Shown here one piece after another: positions 9,219 through 18,356 of a stretch of DNA of 64,000 nt; the first letter of the stretch is position 1, and each line of letters starts with the position of its first letter. The translations under genes were made by a program, and so were the position numbers. The stretch is from a virus. The stretch covers positions 79,504 to 143,503 of the IMG/VR virus record IMGVR_UViG_3300050821_009780. The stretch is one strand, 5' to 3'. The notes under the pieces are model-generated. The model was not told the origin of the DNA and made no database searches. It was given only the letters and a program-made list of their open reading frames with translations.

Positions 9219-9696
9219 TCTTCTTCCCGCCCATGGTGCGATCCTTCTCCCACTCGGCGACGTTGCGCTGCGCGGCGGCGCGGACATCTGGGTGCGTCCG
9301 CTTGCCCTTGCCGCTCTTGGTCTTCCACCCGCCGGGGTTGACTCCCGCTGCCCATTTCTTCACGACCCCCACGGCGACCCGGTAGGCATCGTGCTTGCCG
9401 TACCGCTTGACCAGGTGGAACCACAGGTGCTGAATGTACGGCGGCAGGTGCAGGCCCTTGTGGTGGAACAGCCCGGGGCCGCCCGACGGGACGGTGGGCT
9501 TGTCCACGGTGGACGCCTCGGCGGTGTGCGGGGTAAGGCTGACCGTCAACCTGCCGTGTGCTCGGCGGCAGCTAGCCGGGTCGGCATTCTCGCCGTGGTG
9601 GACTTTGGCGTACCACGGGCACTCGCTCATGAGGAAGTCGTGGGCGTGCTGCTCCTCCTCGGCGGCGAGCCGCAGCACCTTCTCCAGGGCGGTCAC
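9211..9696 (-). CDS. Hypothetical head-region protein with ALEKVLRLAA leader
   Basis: GTGA-coupled; LPPYIQHL...AVGVVKKWAAG...AAAQRNVAEWE basic domain. Confidence 0.65.
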   Translation of the reverse strand: MTALEKVLRLAAEEEQHAHDFLMSECPWYAKVHHGENADPASCRRAHGRLTVSLTPHTAEASTVDKPTVPSGGPGLFHHKGLHLPPYIQHLWFHLVKRYGKHDAYRVAVGVVKKWAAGVNPGGWKTKSGKGKRTHPDVRAAAQRNVAEWEKDRTMGGKKNG

Positions 9697-10199
9697 TCGA
9701 CCAGGCCCTCCTTCTGCATGTGCGGGAACAGGGTGGACTGGACCCAGAACTGCAGGTCGGTGCCGGCCACCGGGTCCTGGACGCTGACCGCCTGCTGCAG
9801 CAGGGCCTGGACGCAGCGGATAAACTTCTGATCCCGTTCGGCGAGCGCGGACTGGAGCTGCTCCGGGTTGGCCCGGACCACCCGCAGCCGCAGCATGGCG
9901 TCGCGCAGCGCCGAGAGCGCGCTGTTGAGGGAGGACAGCGCGGCCCGCTCGCTGCCGGGGTCGGTGTAACCGCCCAGCTCGGGGTACCCATACGGCTTGC
10001 GGGACGCCTGCATGTGCTTGGAGAACTGGTTGATGGCGGCGGACGCCTCCATCAACACCTCGACCGGGGCACCGACCGCGAGCAGATCGGCCTTGAGCGT
10101 CTCGGCGAGCTGGGCAACCGCCGCGCGCAGGTCCTTATCCGCTACCGATTCGGGCACGTTGAACAGGCACTCAAGGCTGGCCGGGAAGGAATCGCTCAC
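9693..10199 (-). CDS. Hypothetical helical protein (possible terminase small subunit)
   Basis: First gene of the head operon upstream of terL; size and helical content are compatible, but no diagnostic motif. Confidence 0.35.
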   Translation of the reverse strand: MSDSFPASLECLFNVPESVADKDLRAAVAQLAETLKADLLAVGAPVEVLMEASAAINQFSKHMQASRKPYGYPELGGYTDPGSERAALSSLNSALSALRDAMLRLRVVRANPEQLQSALAERDQKFIRCVQALLQQAVSVQDPVAGTDLQFWVQSTLFPHMQKEGLVE

Positions 10200-10215
10200 C
10201 TTCCGGTAATCGGGC

Positions 10216-10557
10216 CTACTTGGGCGGGTCGATGCCGTGGCACTCCGGGTCGCCCGGCACCACGTACATCACGCCGAACTGGTCCACGTACATGCCGTCG
10301 GTGCCGAGGCAGGCGCGCATCAGGGACGGATACCCGGCAGGGGTGTCCACCCTGGTCCAGCGCGGGATCTTCGCAGCCGACGAGTACTTATCCGGAGTGG
10401 CGTTCGCCGGGAGCGCCAGTCCGGTGCGCACGGTGATGTAGGTGACAGCGGGCGCGCGGTGGGTCGTGGACCAGACGGTATTCCAGATGACCGCGAACAA
10501 TATCACGGCGAGGACACCGAACAGGAAGTGGTCGAACCTGAACTGGAGCTTCTTCAC
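10216..10557 (-). CDS. Membrane-anchored hypothetical protein
   Basis: N-terminal TM segment FLFGVLAVILFAVIW. Confidence 0.55.
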   Translation of the reverse strand: MKKLQFRFDHFLFGVLAVILFAVIWNTVWSTTHRAPAVTYITVRTGLALPANATPDKYSSAAKIPRWTRVDTPAGYPSLMRACLGTDGMYVDQFGVMYVVPGDPECHGIDPPK

Positions 10558-10574
10558 GGCAGGTCCTATCGCGG

Positions 10575-11042
10575 TTACGGCAGCTTGCGCAGGCCGAAGT
10601 TCATCTCCTGGCCTTCCAGCCGATAGTTGTCCTTGGCGAACTTCACCTTGCCGCCGAGGCCGTAGGCGGCGCCGTACCGCGCGCTCAGGTGGTTGCCGGG
10701 CACCCAGTAGTCGAAGGTCTCCTCGGTGCAGAACCGGCGGTGGGTCGGATCGGTGTAGGCGTTCCGGTGCTTCCAGTGGGAGACCCGGATGTCGAGCACG
10801 CCGTCCTCGTGCAGCACCCGCCAGCACTCCTGCATGAACAGGACGGGCTTGTCCACGTGCTCGAAGATGTCGTAGGCGCGGATGCAGGAGACGCTGCCGT
10901 CGGCCCAGGGCCACGGAGCGGTGTCCAGATCATAGACGACATCTACTTCCGGGATGTCGGCGATGTCCACGTTGACGTACCGCGGCAGCCGGTCGGTGCC
11001 GCTGCCCAGGTTCAGGTAGATTCCCACGGCAGTGTTACCCAT
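10575..11042 (-). CDS. Class I SAM-dependent methyltransferase (Methyltransf_11-like)
   Basis: LNLGSG, VNVDI, DIFEHV, ECWRVL and DPTH motifs. Confidence 0.85.
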   Translation of the reverse strand: MGNTAVGIYLNLGSGTDRLPRYVNVDIADIPEVDVVYDLDTAPWPWADGSVSCIRAYDIFEHVDKPVLFMQECWRVLHEDGVLDIRVSHWKHRNAYTDPTHRRFCTEETFDYWVPGNHLSARYGAAYGLGGKVKFAKDNYRLEGQEMNFGLRKLP

Positions 11043-11745
11043 CAGCCAGGAGGTACCGCTGGGGCGGCGCGTCCGGCAGGTAGCAGCGGGACTGCAGGTC
11101 CTCGAAGGCGGCCGGTGAGCAGTGCGCCCCGCCGTACTGGCCGATGTGCTGGGACCTCGCCAGGTGCGGGTAGACGACCTTCCGGCCCTGCTCCCGGCAC
11201 CAGTAGTCGTTGAGCCGCCAGTCCCAGCCGTTGTGCTCGTAGTTGAACGTCCAGTCGGCGGCCAGCTGCTCCCAGCGGTCGCGCCAGGTGCCCCAGACCC
11301 AGCCGTGAAACTCCTGCTCGACGCTGACGGCGGCGGCCTGCTGCGGGTCTCGCGGGTACTGCCGGTAGGTAGAGACCGCCAGGATGCCTGGGTCAGCGGC
11401 GAACCGCTCACTCGCCCAGGCAAAGTACTCCAGGGTGTCCGCGCCGACCGTGATGTCGTCCTCGGCGAGGATGACGAAATCGTCCGGCTGCGAGTAATCG
11501 GGGAAGGCCCCGAACCCGCAGGTGACGGCGTGGAACGGGTTGGCCTGCACGCCGAGGTGCCTGCTGTTGACGTGCACGGTCACGGACGGCAGGGCCGCCT
11601 CGGCGATGACGCGTTCCATGTGCGGGCAGCCCGGTTCCACGTGGAAGTCCAGGGGCGTGTTCTCGACGCCGCGCACCCGCGCCCAGCTGGCCAGCACCTC
11701 CTGCATGTAGTTGGCCCGACTGAACGCGGTAAAGACGACCCTCAT
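11035..11745 (-). CDS. Glycosyltransferase (GT-A fold)
   Basis: VFTAFSRANY, ILAEDD (DxD-like), WGTWRDRW, WDWRL and RSQHIG motifs. Confidence 0.8.
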   Translation of the reverse strand: MRVVFTAFSRANYMQEVLASWARVRGVENTPLDFHVEPGCPHMERVIAEAALPSVTVHVNSRHLGVQANPFHAVTCGFGAFPDYSQPDDFVILAEDDITVGADTLEYFAWASERFAADPGILAVSTYRQYPRDPQQAAAVSVEQEFHGWVWGTWRDRWEQLAADWTFNYEHNGWDWRLNDYWCREQGRKVVYPHLARSQHIGQYGGAHCSPAAFEDLQSRCYLPDAPPQRYLLADG

Positions 11746-12410
11746 CACCCGTTCGGCCTCGCAATCTCGGGGGGCGGCCACGGCTCGGTCCACTGCCCGG
11801 CCTCGACCATCTTCCTGGCCTGCTGGAACAGCAGCTCGTCGTACTGCATGCGCCCGCCCTCGGTCATGCCCGCGCCGCGCAGGTGCTGCGCCCAGTGGTG
11901 GGTGAAGCTGTAGCCGGTGCGGAGCCGGGACCGCCAGCCTTGCCGTGACCCTCGGTAGCTGAACCAGTCATCTGTGTAATAATGACAGGTGAGCAGCGGG
12001 ACGATCTTCTCCAGCTGCGCCCGGGACACGAACGGCAGCGCGGTCATGCTGACCTCAGCCCAGTCCCGGCCGACGACGCCGACCTGCGGGCAGGACTGGG
12101 GGTAGCCGTCCGGAGCGTACACCTGCGGGGCGGGCAAGAAGCCGAGGTCGGCGGCCTCGACGGCCGGCTGCGCCCAGCCCGGGTGCGGCTCGATGTCATC
12201 GCAGGTGAAGTGAAAGTACCGGGCACGGGTGCTGGCCCGGTCCAGCCCGGCCTGCCAGGCGGCCCCGCAGGTGGGGTGGTTGCGCTCGATGATGAGGTTC
12301 AGCTCGTAGGCACCGCCGGCGCAGTCACGGTACGCCTGCCAGCAGCGCTCGAAGTGATCTTCCCGGCCATCGACTGTCGGAATTATTACACTGATGACGG
12401 GAAGGCTCAC
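11745..12410 (-). CDS. Glycosyltransferase family 2
   Basis: ISVIIPT, FTCDD and YYTDDW motifs. Confidence 0.8.
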   Translation of the reverse strand: MSLPVISVIIPTVDGREDHFERCWQAYRDCAGGAYELNLIIERNHPTCGAAWQAGLDRASTRARYFHFTCDDIEPHPGWAQPAVEAADLGFLPAPQVYAPDGYPQSCPQVGVVGRDWAEVSMTALPFVSRAQLEKIVPLLTCHYYTDDWFSYRGSRQGWRSRLRTGYSFTHHWAQHLRGAGMTEGGRMQYDELLFQQARKMVEAGQWTEPWPPPEIARPNG

Positions 12411-13135
12411 GTCTCCTCGATCCACGTGCTGAGGTACCCGCACTCGCGGCGCCCCTTGACCTCGTAGTACTGCTGCGGCGGGTAGTGCTGGCTGAAGCAC
12501 CGCGACTGGACCTGATCGAGCGGGGGCTGCGGCTGGTAGCCGAACTCGCCGATGTCCTGCGCCCGGCTCAGGGCGGGCCGGAGGACGTCGTAACCCCGGC
12601 GCTGGCACCACGCCTGATCGATCCACTGGTACCAGTCCCCGTACCGGGACTCCGCCCAGGCAGCGCTGAGCAGCGCCCACTTCTCCCGGTGGAAGCCGTG
12701 CAGCCAGCCGATGGTCTGGGTACGCCAGACAGCGGCGGGGCCGCCGTCCAGGGCGGTATCGCGCCAGCAGGACAGGGCGAGGACGGTAGGGTCGTCGCGG
12801 TAGTTGTCGCGGTGCCAGGCGTGCAGCTCCAGCGCGTCATCGGAGGGCAGGTAGTCGTCCGAGGCGAGCACGGCGTAGCCCGCCCGGCGGCAGCCGATGT
12901 CCAGCGCCTGCTGGGTATTGCGCGAGGCACCGAGCTGCTTCAGGTTGACATAGACGTACCGCTCGGCGAAGTCCACCGACCAGCACAGCTCCCGCACCTC
13001 CTCGCAGCCAGGCTCGCAACAGAACTGGAGGACGGCATCTTCGATACCGCGGACCTTGGACCAGGCGTCCAGGGTCTGCCGGAGGTAGTCCGGGCGGTTC
13101 CAGGCGGTGAAGGCGACAGCGGTGCGCTCAGCCAC
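12407..13135 (-). CDS. Glycosyltransferase (GT-A), paralog of 11035-11745
   Basis: AFTAWNRPDY, EPGC, LASDD and SRAQDIG motifs. Confidence 0.8.
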   Translation of the reverse strand: MAERTAVAFTAWNRPDYLRQTLDAWSKVRGIEDAVLQFCCEPGCEEVRELCWSVDFAERYVYVNLKQLGASRNTQQALDIGCRRAGYAVLASDDYLPSDDALELHAWHRDNYRDDPTVLALSCWRDTALDGGPAAVWRTQTIGWLHGFHREKWALLSAAWAESRYGDWYQWIDQAWCQRRGYDVLRPALSRAQDIGEFGYQPQPPLDQVQSRCFSQHYPPQQYYEVKGRRECGYLSTWIEET

Positions 13136-13565
13136 GGCCGGCCTCCAGCACCCGGCGGCGGATCTCGGTGGTGGAGATAGACAGGCTCTGCCGGTAGGGC
13201 ACCCAGGCGAGGATGACCCCCTGGGCATCGAGCCAGTCCTGGGTCACGCCGACCTGGGCCAGGTAGTCCTTCCCCCGGCCCGGTGCCCAGTCCGTCCCGA
13301 TCGCGAGCACGTCCGGATGGAATTCGGCCACCATCTCCTTGCCGGCCGAATCGTTCAGCCGGGTCTCGTAGCCGAGCAGATGGAGCGCCAGGATACGCTC
13401 CCGCTCACTCATGATCGGGGCGGGCTTGAACTCCCGCACGAACCGGTCGGTATTAATCCCGACGACGAGCCGGTCGCCGAGAGCCGCGCACTGCTGGAGA
13501 AATGCCACGTGCCCGAAATGCAGGATATCGAACGTGCCGATGGTCAGCACCAGCCGGGGACTCAC
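13128..13565 (-). CDS. Cytidylyl/adenylyltransferase (TagD/RfaE-like)
   Basis: GTFDILHFGH (HxGH), GINTD, GTDW and ISTTEIRRR motifs. Confidence 0.9.
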   Translation of the reverse strand: MSPRLVLTIGTFDILHFGHVAFLQQCAALGDRLVVGINTDRFVREFKPAPIMSERERILALHLLGYETRLNDSAGKEMVAEFHPDVLAIGTDWAPGRGKDYLAQVGVTQDWLDAQGVILAWVPYRQSLSISTTEIRRRVLEAGRG

Positions 13566-14194
13566 TCGCACCACCGGAAACACGGGACGGGGATCTCCGG
13601 CCGCTCGTGCGGCTGAGCAGGCTTCGGCTGCGGCCCGTTCTGCGTGGTGTCCCAGGCGGACCACTGGTAGTCGTACACCGGGCGGCGCAGCAGCACCTCG
13701 TGCTTCAGCAGCGGCAGCACGCTGTTCACGTACACCATGTCCTCACCGGTGTAGCCGTACCCGCCGCGCAGGAAGGTGCCCTGCTTCGCCAAGCTGGACC
13801 GCACCGGGTTCATGTGGGTGAACCGGCGCTGGTAGCCGGAGTCCCGGTTGCCGGGCTGCAGGGCGATGCTCACGTCGGTGTAGAAGCCGGGGGTGCCGTG
13901 GTTGATGTGCCGCCAGCCGACCACGTCCGGGTCGCTGCGCAGCGCCTCCAGGATGTCGGCCACGTAGTACGAGGCGACCTTGTCGTCGTCGTCCACGAAG
14001 CACAGGTAGTCACCCTCGGCGGCGTACAGCAGCCGCTCGCGGTACGCCTCCAGCAGCTCCTCGCCCTGGTTCTGCAGGGCCACCACCTCAACTTGCTCGG
14101 CGGCGGCCTGGCACTGCGGCAGCAGCTCGCTGAGCAGGTGCAGGAACTTGTGCTGCCGGCGGGCGAGGGTGGGGATGAGGACGGACAGTCTCAC
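13562..14194 (-). CDS. Glycosyltransferase family 2
   Basis: LSVLIPT, FVDDDD and GED motifs. Confidence 0.85.
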   Translation of the reverse strand: MRLSVLIPTLARRQHKFLHLLSELLPQCQAAAEQVEVVALQNQGEELLEAYRERLLYAAEGDYLCFVDDDDKVASYYVADILEALRSDPDVVGWRHINHGTPGFYTDVSIALQPGNRDSGYQRRFTHMNPVRSSLAKQGTFLRGGYGYTGEDMVYVNSVLPLLKHEVLLRRPVYDYQWSAWDTTQNGPQPKPAQPHERPEIPVPCFRWCE

Positions 14195-14850
14195 AGCGTC
14201 GCCCGTATCCAGCCGTTCTGCGGCTCAGCATCATAAGGCGGCACCCCGTCCGGGTAAGGGTAAGGGATGACCTCCAGCCGGTAGGCGGACAGCATCTCCT
14301 GGCAGGTGTCCCGCAGCGCGGGGGAGTGCCATTCGACCAGCCACTCGGTGCGGCCCATGAGGGTGCCGGCCCCCTCCAGCACCCGGACCTCGCCACCCTC
14401 GGTATCCACCTTCACCAGCTGCGGCACCCCGTACTGCGCGGCGAGGGCATCCAGGGTGACGCACCGGACGGTACGACGGCCGGTCTCGCCGCTCCACCAC
14501 AGATCCGGGGAGTGCCCGACCAGCTCCGGGGCCAGCAGCTCCCCGCCCTGGATGGCGCCCGCGCACACGGACAGCTCCAGAGTGCCGGTGCGCTCGGCGG
14601 CAGCCCCCTGGAGGAGGGTGACCCGGCCGTCGCTGCCGAACTCCCGCACGAGCACCTCCCACGCCTCGGCGGACGGCTCCAGCGCCACCGCCCGGCGGAA
14701 CCGCCCGGCGGTCACCATGGCCCGCAGCGACTGGCCGTGGTTGGCGCCTACGTCAAAGGCGAGGTCTCCCTCGAAGTTCCACAGCCAGTAGTGCAGCGGG
14801 ACCGGGTCGTTGGTCTCGTAGGAGACCCCGTTGTACTGGACCGGCGTCAT
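14191..14850 (-). CDS. FkbM-family methyltransferase
   Basis: FDVGANHG, ALEP, VTLD, VKVDTEGGE and VEWH motifs. Confidence 0.9.
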   Translation of the reverse strand: MTPVQYNGVSYETNDPVPLHYWLWNFEGDLAFDVGANHGQSLRAMVTAGRFRRAVALEPSAEAWEVLVREFGSDGRVTLLQGAAAERTGTLELSVCAGAIQGGELLAPELVGHSPDLWWSGETGRRTVRCVTLDALAAQYGVPQLVKVDTEGGEVRVLEGAGTLMGRTEWLVEWHSPALRDTCQEMLSAYRLEVIPYPYPDGVPPYDAEPQNGWIRATL

Positions 14851-15809
14851 CCCTGCCACGCCCCGTTCCGGTCAAACTTGCGGAAGTACTCGTAGGTGCG
14901 CTTCATCCCGTCGGCCAGGTCCATCTCCGGCTCCCAGCCCAGCGCCCGCAGGTGCGAGTCGTCCAGGGACTTGCGGAAGGTAATCTGCCCCGGCGGCGGG
15001 ACCTCCACGATGCACGACTTGCTCCCGGCCAGCTCTCTGGCCATCTGAGCCAGCTCCAGGACCGGGTAGTGGTCGTCGTTGCGGCAGACGTTCCAGGTGC
15101 CAGCCTTGCCGGCCTCCAGGATGGCGGCCAGGCCGCGCACGCTATCGCCGACCCAGGTGAGGCAGCGCTCGGTGCCGAGGTGGACGCGCAGGTCCATCCC
15201 GTGCTCGGCCTCCCAGAGCATGGAGTGCAGCACGTTGTATCCGACGGTACCGGGCTTGCCAGAGATGTGCGGCTTCTCGGCCGTCCGGGGCGGCCAGTAG
15301 GCGGGACCGTAGGGCATGTTCAGCCGGGCGACCATGAGGCCCTTCGGGGCGTAGACCCGGCATGCCTCCTCGCCCCACTTCTTGGACAGGCCGTACATGT
15401 TGACCGGCCGAAGCTGCGAACCGGGGCCGACGGTGCCGCTGTTGGCGGACTCGCCGTACACCTCGGAGGAGGACATGAACATGAGCCGGGAGCCGTAGTG
15501 CGCGCAGTCGCGGGCCAGCTGCCCGGTGAGGCCGGCGTTCATGCCTGCGGTCTTGTGCATGTCCACCTCGCCCCACACCCGGCCGTACAGCGCGGCGAGG
15601 TGGACCACGACATCAGGGCGGCGGTCCTCCAGCCAGTCCTCGCGGGCCTCGCGGCAGTTCAGGTCGAACAGGCGGAAGGTATCCCAGACCGGCTCGGTGG
15701 TGTTGGGGTAGACCAGGTCCTGGGCGTGGACCTCGTGGCCGCAGCGGTGCAGCTCGGCGAGCAGCCAGCCGCCGACATATCCTGACGCGCCAGTAACAGC
15801 GATTCTCAT
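14847..15809 (-). CDS. NAD-dependent nucleotide-sugar epimerase/dehydratase
   Basis: VTGASGYVG, HLAA, SSSEVYG and YGLSK (YxxxK) motifs. Confidence 0.9.
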   Translation of the reverse strand: MRIAVTGASGYVGGWLLAELHRCGHEVHAQDLVYPNTTEPVWDTFRLFDLNCREAREDWLEDRRPDVVVHLAALYGRVWGEVDMHKTAGMNAGLTGQLARDCAHYGSRLMFMSSSEVYGESANSGTVGPGSQLRPVNMYGLSKKWGEEACRVYAPKGLMVARLNMPYGPAYWPPRTAEKPHISGKPGTVGYNVLHSMLWEAEHGMDLRVHLGTERCLTWVGDSVRGLAAILEAGKAGTWNVCRNDDHYPVLELAQMARELAGSKSCIVEVPPPGQITFRKSLDDSHLRALGWEPEMDLADGMKRTYEYFRKFDRNGAWQG

Positions 15810-16957
15810 GCGGTGAAGTACTCCGTTTTCAGCAGTCCGGCCGCCGTCAGCGGCGCGTGGTGGCCGTTCCCGTTGCCGTTCGTCGGCGGCAGGGGCGGGC
15901 AGAGCTTCTCGCTCAGCACGGCAGCGGCCAGCTCCAGCCCGGCCCGGCGGTCCTCGGTGCGGCACCTGACCTGCAGGTCCCACAGCACGCCCATCGCCCG
16001 CACCACGCGCCGGGAGTCCACGCTGTGTGCCAGCAGCAGGCGGCCCTGCAGGGCCTCGCCCTGGGCGGCAACCGTGCCCCCGGCGGACAGCACCAGCACG
16101 TCGCGCAGGCAGGTAACCAGCTGCCGGGTAAGGGCGGGGTAGTCGCTGCAGGTGAGCAGCGCCCGGTCCAGCTCGGCGTACATCCCCTTGTGGTCGCCCT
16201 GCGCGGCGGCGGCGAGCAGGGCCGGGGCGAAGTCCTCGTCGCAGGTGAGCTGCTGCCAGGCGTCCAGGGTGACGATGTCCACCGACGCAGCCTGGTCGAG
16301 CAGCATGAGTCCGTCGCGCATGATCCCGTCGGCCCGGTCGGCCAGGTGGAGGAGCAGGCTGTCCTCGACGACAATGTCCTCGGCGGCGCAGACGTGGCGC
16401 AGCCGGGAGGCGATGACGGACGGGGCCAGCCGGGCGAACGCGAAGGGGATGCAGCGCGACCCGATCGTGTCCGGCACCTTGCCGTGCTCGGTGGTGGCGA
16501 GCACGAAAGCGGTGCGCGGCGGCGGCTCCTCCAGCGTCTTGAGCAGCGCGTTGGAGGCATCACGGCTCATGGAGTGGCACTCGTCGAGTATCACGACCCG
16601 CCACTCGCCAGGGGCGCCGTACTGCACCAGGTCGCAGATGCTCCGGATCTTGTCCACGGTGCCGTTGGAGGCGGCGTCCACCTCGATCACGTCCAGGGAA
16701 GTGCCGCCGGCGACCGCCTTGCAGGACGAGCAGGCGGTGCAGGGCCAGGAGGCGGCCGGGCCAGGCGGCTCGTGGCAGTTGAGGGCGGCGGCGAAGATGC
16801 GGGCGCTGGTGGTCTTGCCCGAGCCGAAGGCCCCGTAGAACAGCAGTCCGGCGGGCACGCGCTTGCGCTGGGCCATCCGGTTCAGCACCCCCGCCACCTC
16901 GCGCTGGCCGACCAGCTCGGCGAACCGCTGAGGACGGTATTTCGTGGCCAGCCTCAT
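15806..16957 (-). CDS. dnaX: DNA polymerase III gamma/tau-like clamp loader ATPase
   Basis: ATKYRPQRF, GAFGSGKTT, Zn-binding Cys cluster, EVDAAS, LDECH, NALLKTLEEPP and SRC motifs; gamma-sized (383 aa). Confidence 0.92.
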   Translation of the reverse strand: MRLATKYRPQRFAELVGQREVAGVLNRMAQRKRVPAGLLFYGAFGSGKTTSARIFAAALNCHEPPGPAASWPCTACSSCKAVAGGTSLDVIEVDAASNGTVDKIRSICDLVQYGAPGEWRVVILDECHSMSRDASNALLKTLEEPPPRTAFVLATTEHGKVPDTIGSRCIPFAFARLAPSVIASRLRHVCAAEDIVVEDSLLLHLADRADGIMRDGLMLLDQAASVDIVTLDAWQQLTCDEDFAPALLAAAAQGDHKGMYAELDRALLTCSDYPALTRQLVTCLRDVLVLSAGGTVAAQGEALQGRLLLAHSVDSRRVVRAMGVLWDLQVRCRTEDRRAGLELAAAVLSEKLCPPLPPTNGNGNGHHAPLTAAGLLKTEYFTA

Positions 16958-17229
16958 TGCGGTCTCCTGCCGATCGTGGTTCCCAGGAACACGTGCGCTG
17001 GGCTATCGGGTACGGGCGTGCTGGCCTTGCGCCGCACACCCTCCGGAATTCCCAGGGAGCAGCTGCCGGCGGCGGACTCGTCGGGCACCAGCTCGTAGCC
17101 GAACTCCATCTCGCACTGCGTGCAGCGCCAGTAGCAGAGCATGCCGCCCTCGGCCAGCTCCTCCTCCGGCTCGGCGGCGCCCCCGCAGTCGCTATCCAGG
17201 CAGGCGCGGTTCAGTTCGTAGCGTTCCAC
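16954..17229 (-). CDS. Small Zn-ribbon protein
   Basis: CLDSDC...CTQC; coupled to dnaX. Confidence 0.5.
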   Translation of the reverse strand: MERYELNRACLDSDCGGAAEPEEELAEGGMLCYWRCTQCEMEFGYELVPDESAAGSCSLGIPEGVRRKASTPVPDSPAHVFLGTTIGRRPQ

Positions 17230-18356
17230 GGCAGCCTCTCCAGCAGGATGAGCAGGGCCAGCACGGCCTGCCGCGGAACGACCCCGTTGCCGAGGATCTT
17301 CAGCTGGGCGTTGCGGGACAGGCCGTCCACCCCGGTGACCCAGCCCTCCGGCAAGCCGAGCATCCACTCCACGAAGACGGGGGCGAGCACGCGGTTGCCC
17401 TTGCTGCCCGGCTCCAGCGGGTGCGGCACCATCCGGCCGGTGACCTGCTGCCAGCGCAGGACGGCCCGGGAGTACTTGCCCCAGTCCACCACCGGGCCGC
17501 TGCCCAGGTGCTCGGCCAGGCCAGGGAGCAGCAGCTCCCCGCTGCGTGCCCCGGAGCGGTTCCTGTGGCCTCCGGTCACGTCGGCGACCTGCGGGGTGGG
17601 CAGGAGCGCGCCGGCCAGGGTCGGGTTACCGCGCTTGTACGCCAGGCTGCGCCGCTCCCCGTCAGCAGCTGCCGGGGTGGGGAGAAGGCTGCCCCCGGTG
17701 CCCATCATGTCGTTCTCCACCATGATCCGCAGGTCGGTGACCGAGGTGCGGCCCGGCTTCTTGCGCAGGTGGTTCTCCGGGGTGTTCTGGCTGTAGCTGG
17801 CGACCGGGGTGGGCAGCAGCTCGTGCTCGGCCTGGTCGGCGAGAGTGGGGCCGTGGCCGCCGGCCCGGCGCTTATCCGGGTGCTGGCTGCCGCCGTTGAC
17901 GGCGAGCTGCGCGGTGGGGGTCTTCAGCAGACTGACCGCCTCGGGCAGGTCCGCGTCCGCTGCGGTGCGCGCCCGGCCGTCCCTGCGGACCCGGCCCACC
18001 GACACGGTAGGGCCCTTGTGGTCGCTGGCCTGCGGGGTGGGCAGCATGGACAGCGTCTCGATGAGGGTGCCGCCCTCGCGGGCCTTGGCGGGGGTGACCA
18101 GTCCGCCGTTACTGCCCAGCGTCGCCGAGGGCGTCGGGAGCAGCAGGCCATGCGGTGATGAAGATCCGCTCCCGCCGGTGGCAGGACCCGGCATCTGAGG
18201 CGCGTACATTCTGCCATTCCGCATCGTACCCGAGGGTGGAAAGGTCTCCGAGAACAGCTCCGAGTGCCCGCAGAGCATGTCCTGCCCTTTTTCCCAGACA
18301 GATCTCGCAGGATTCCACGTCGCTATGGGCGGAGGCAGAGCATATCCCTCGGACAT
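17211..18356 (-). CDS. C5 cytosine methyltransferase C-terminal subunit (motifs IX-X) with LLPTP repeats
   Basis: Six L(L/M)(P/K)TP-initiated repeats, then VEWMLGLPEGW...QLKILGNGVVP. Confidence 0.75.
   Translation of the reverse strand: MSEGYALPPPIATWNPARSVWEKGQDMLCGHSELFSETFPPSGTMRNGRMYAPQMPGPATGGSGSSSPHGLLLPTPSATLGSNGGLVTPAKAREGGTLIETLSMLPTPQASDHKGPTVSVGRVRRDGRARTAADADLPEAVSLLKTPTAQLAVNGGSQHPDKRRAGGHGPTLADQAEHELLPTPVASYSQNTPENHLRKKPGRTSVTDLRIMVENDMMGTGGSLLPTPAAADGERRSLAYKRGNPTLAGALLPTPQVADVTGGHRNRSGARSGELLLPGLAEHLGSGPVVDWGKYSRAVLRWQQVTGRMVPHPLEPGSKGNRVLAPVFVEWMLGLPEGWVTGVDGLSRNAQLKILGNGVVPRQAVLALLILLERLPWNATN

Noticed and set aside
18109-18356. MTase pseudogene caused by a frameshift
   Set aside because: Both ORFs keep intact catalytic motifs and overlap extensively, which fits a two-subunit enzyme better than decay
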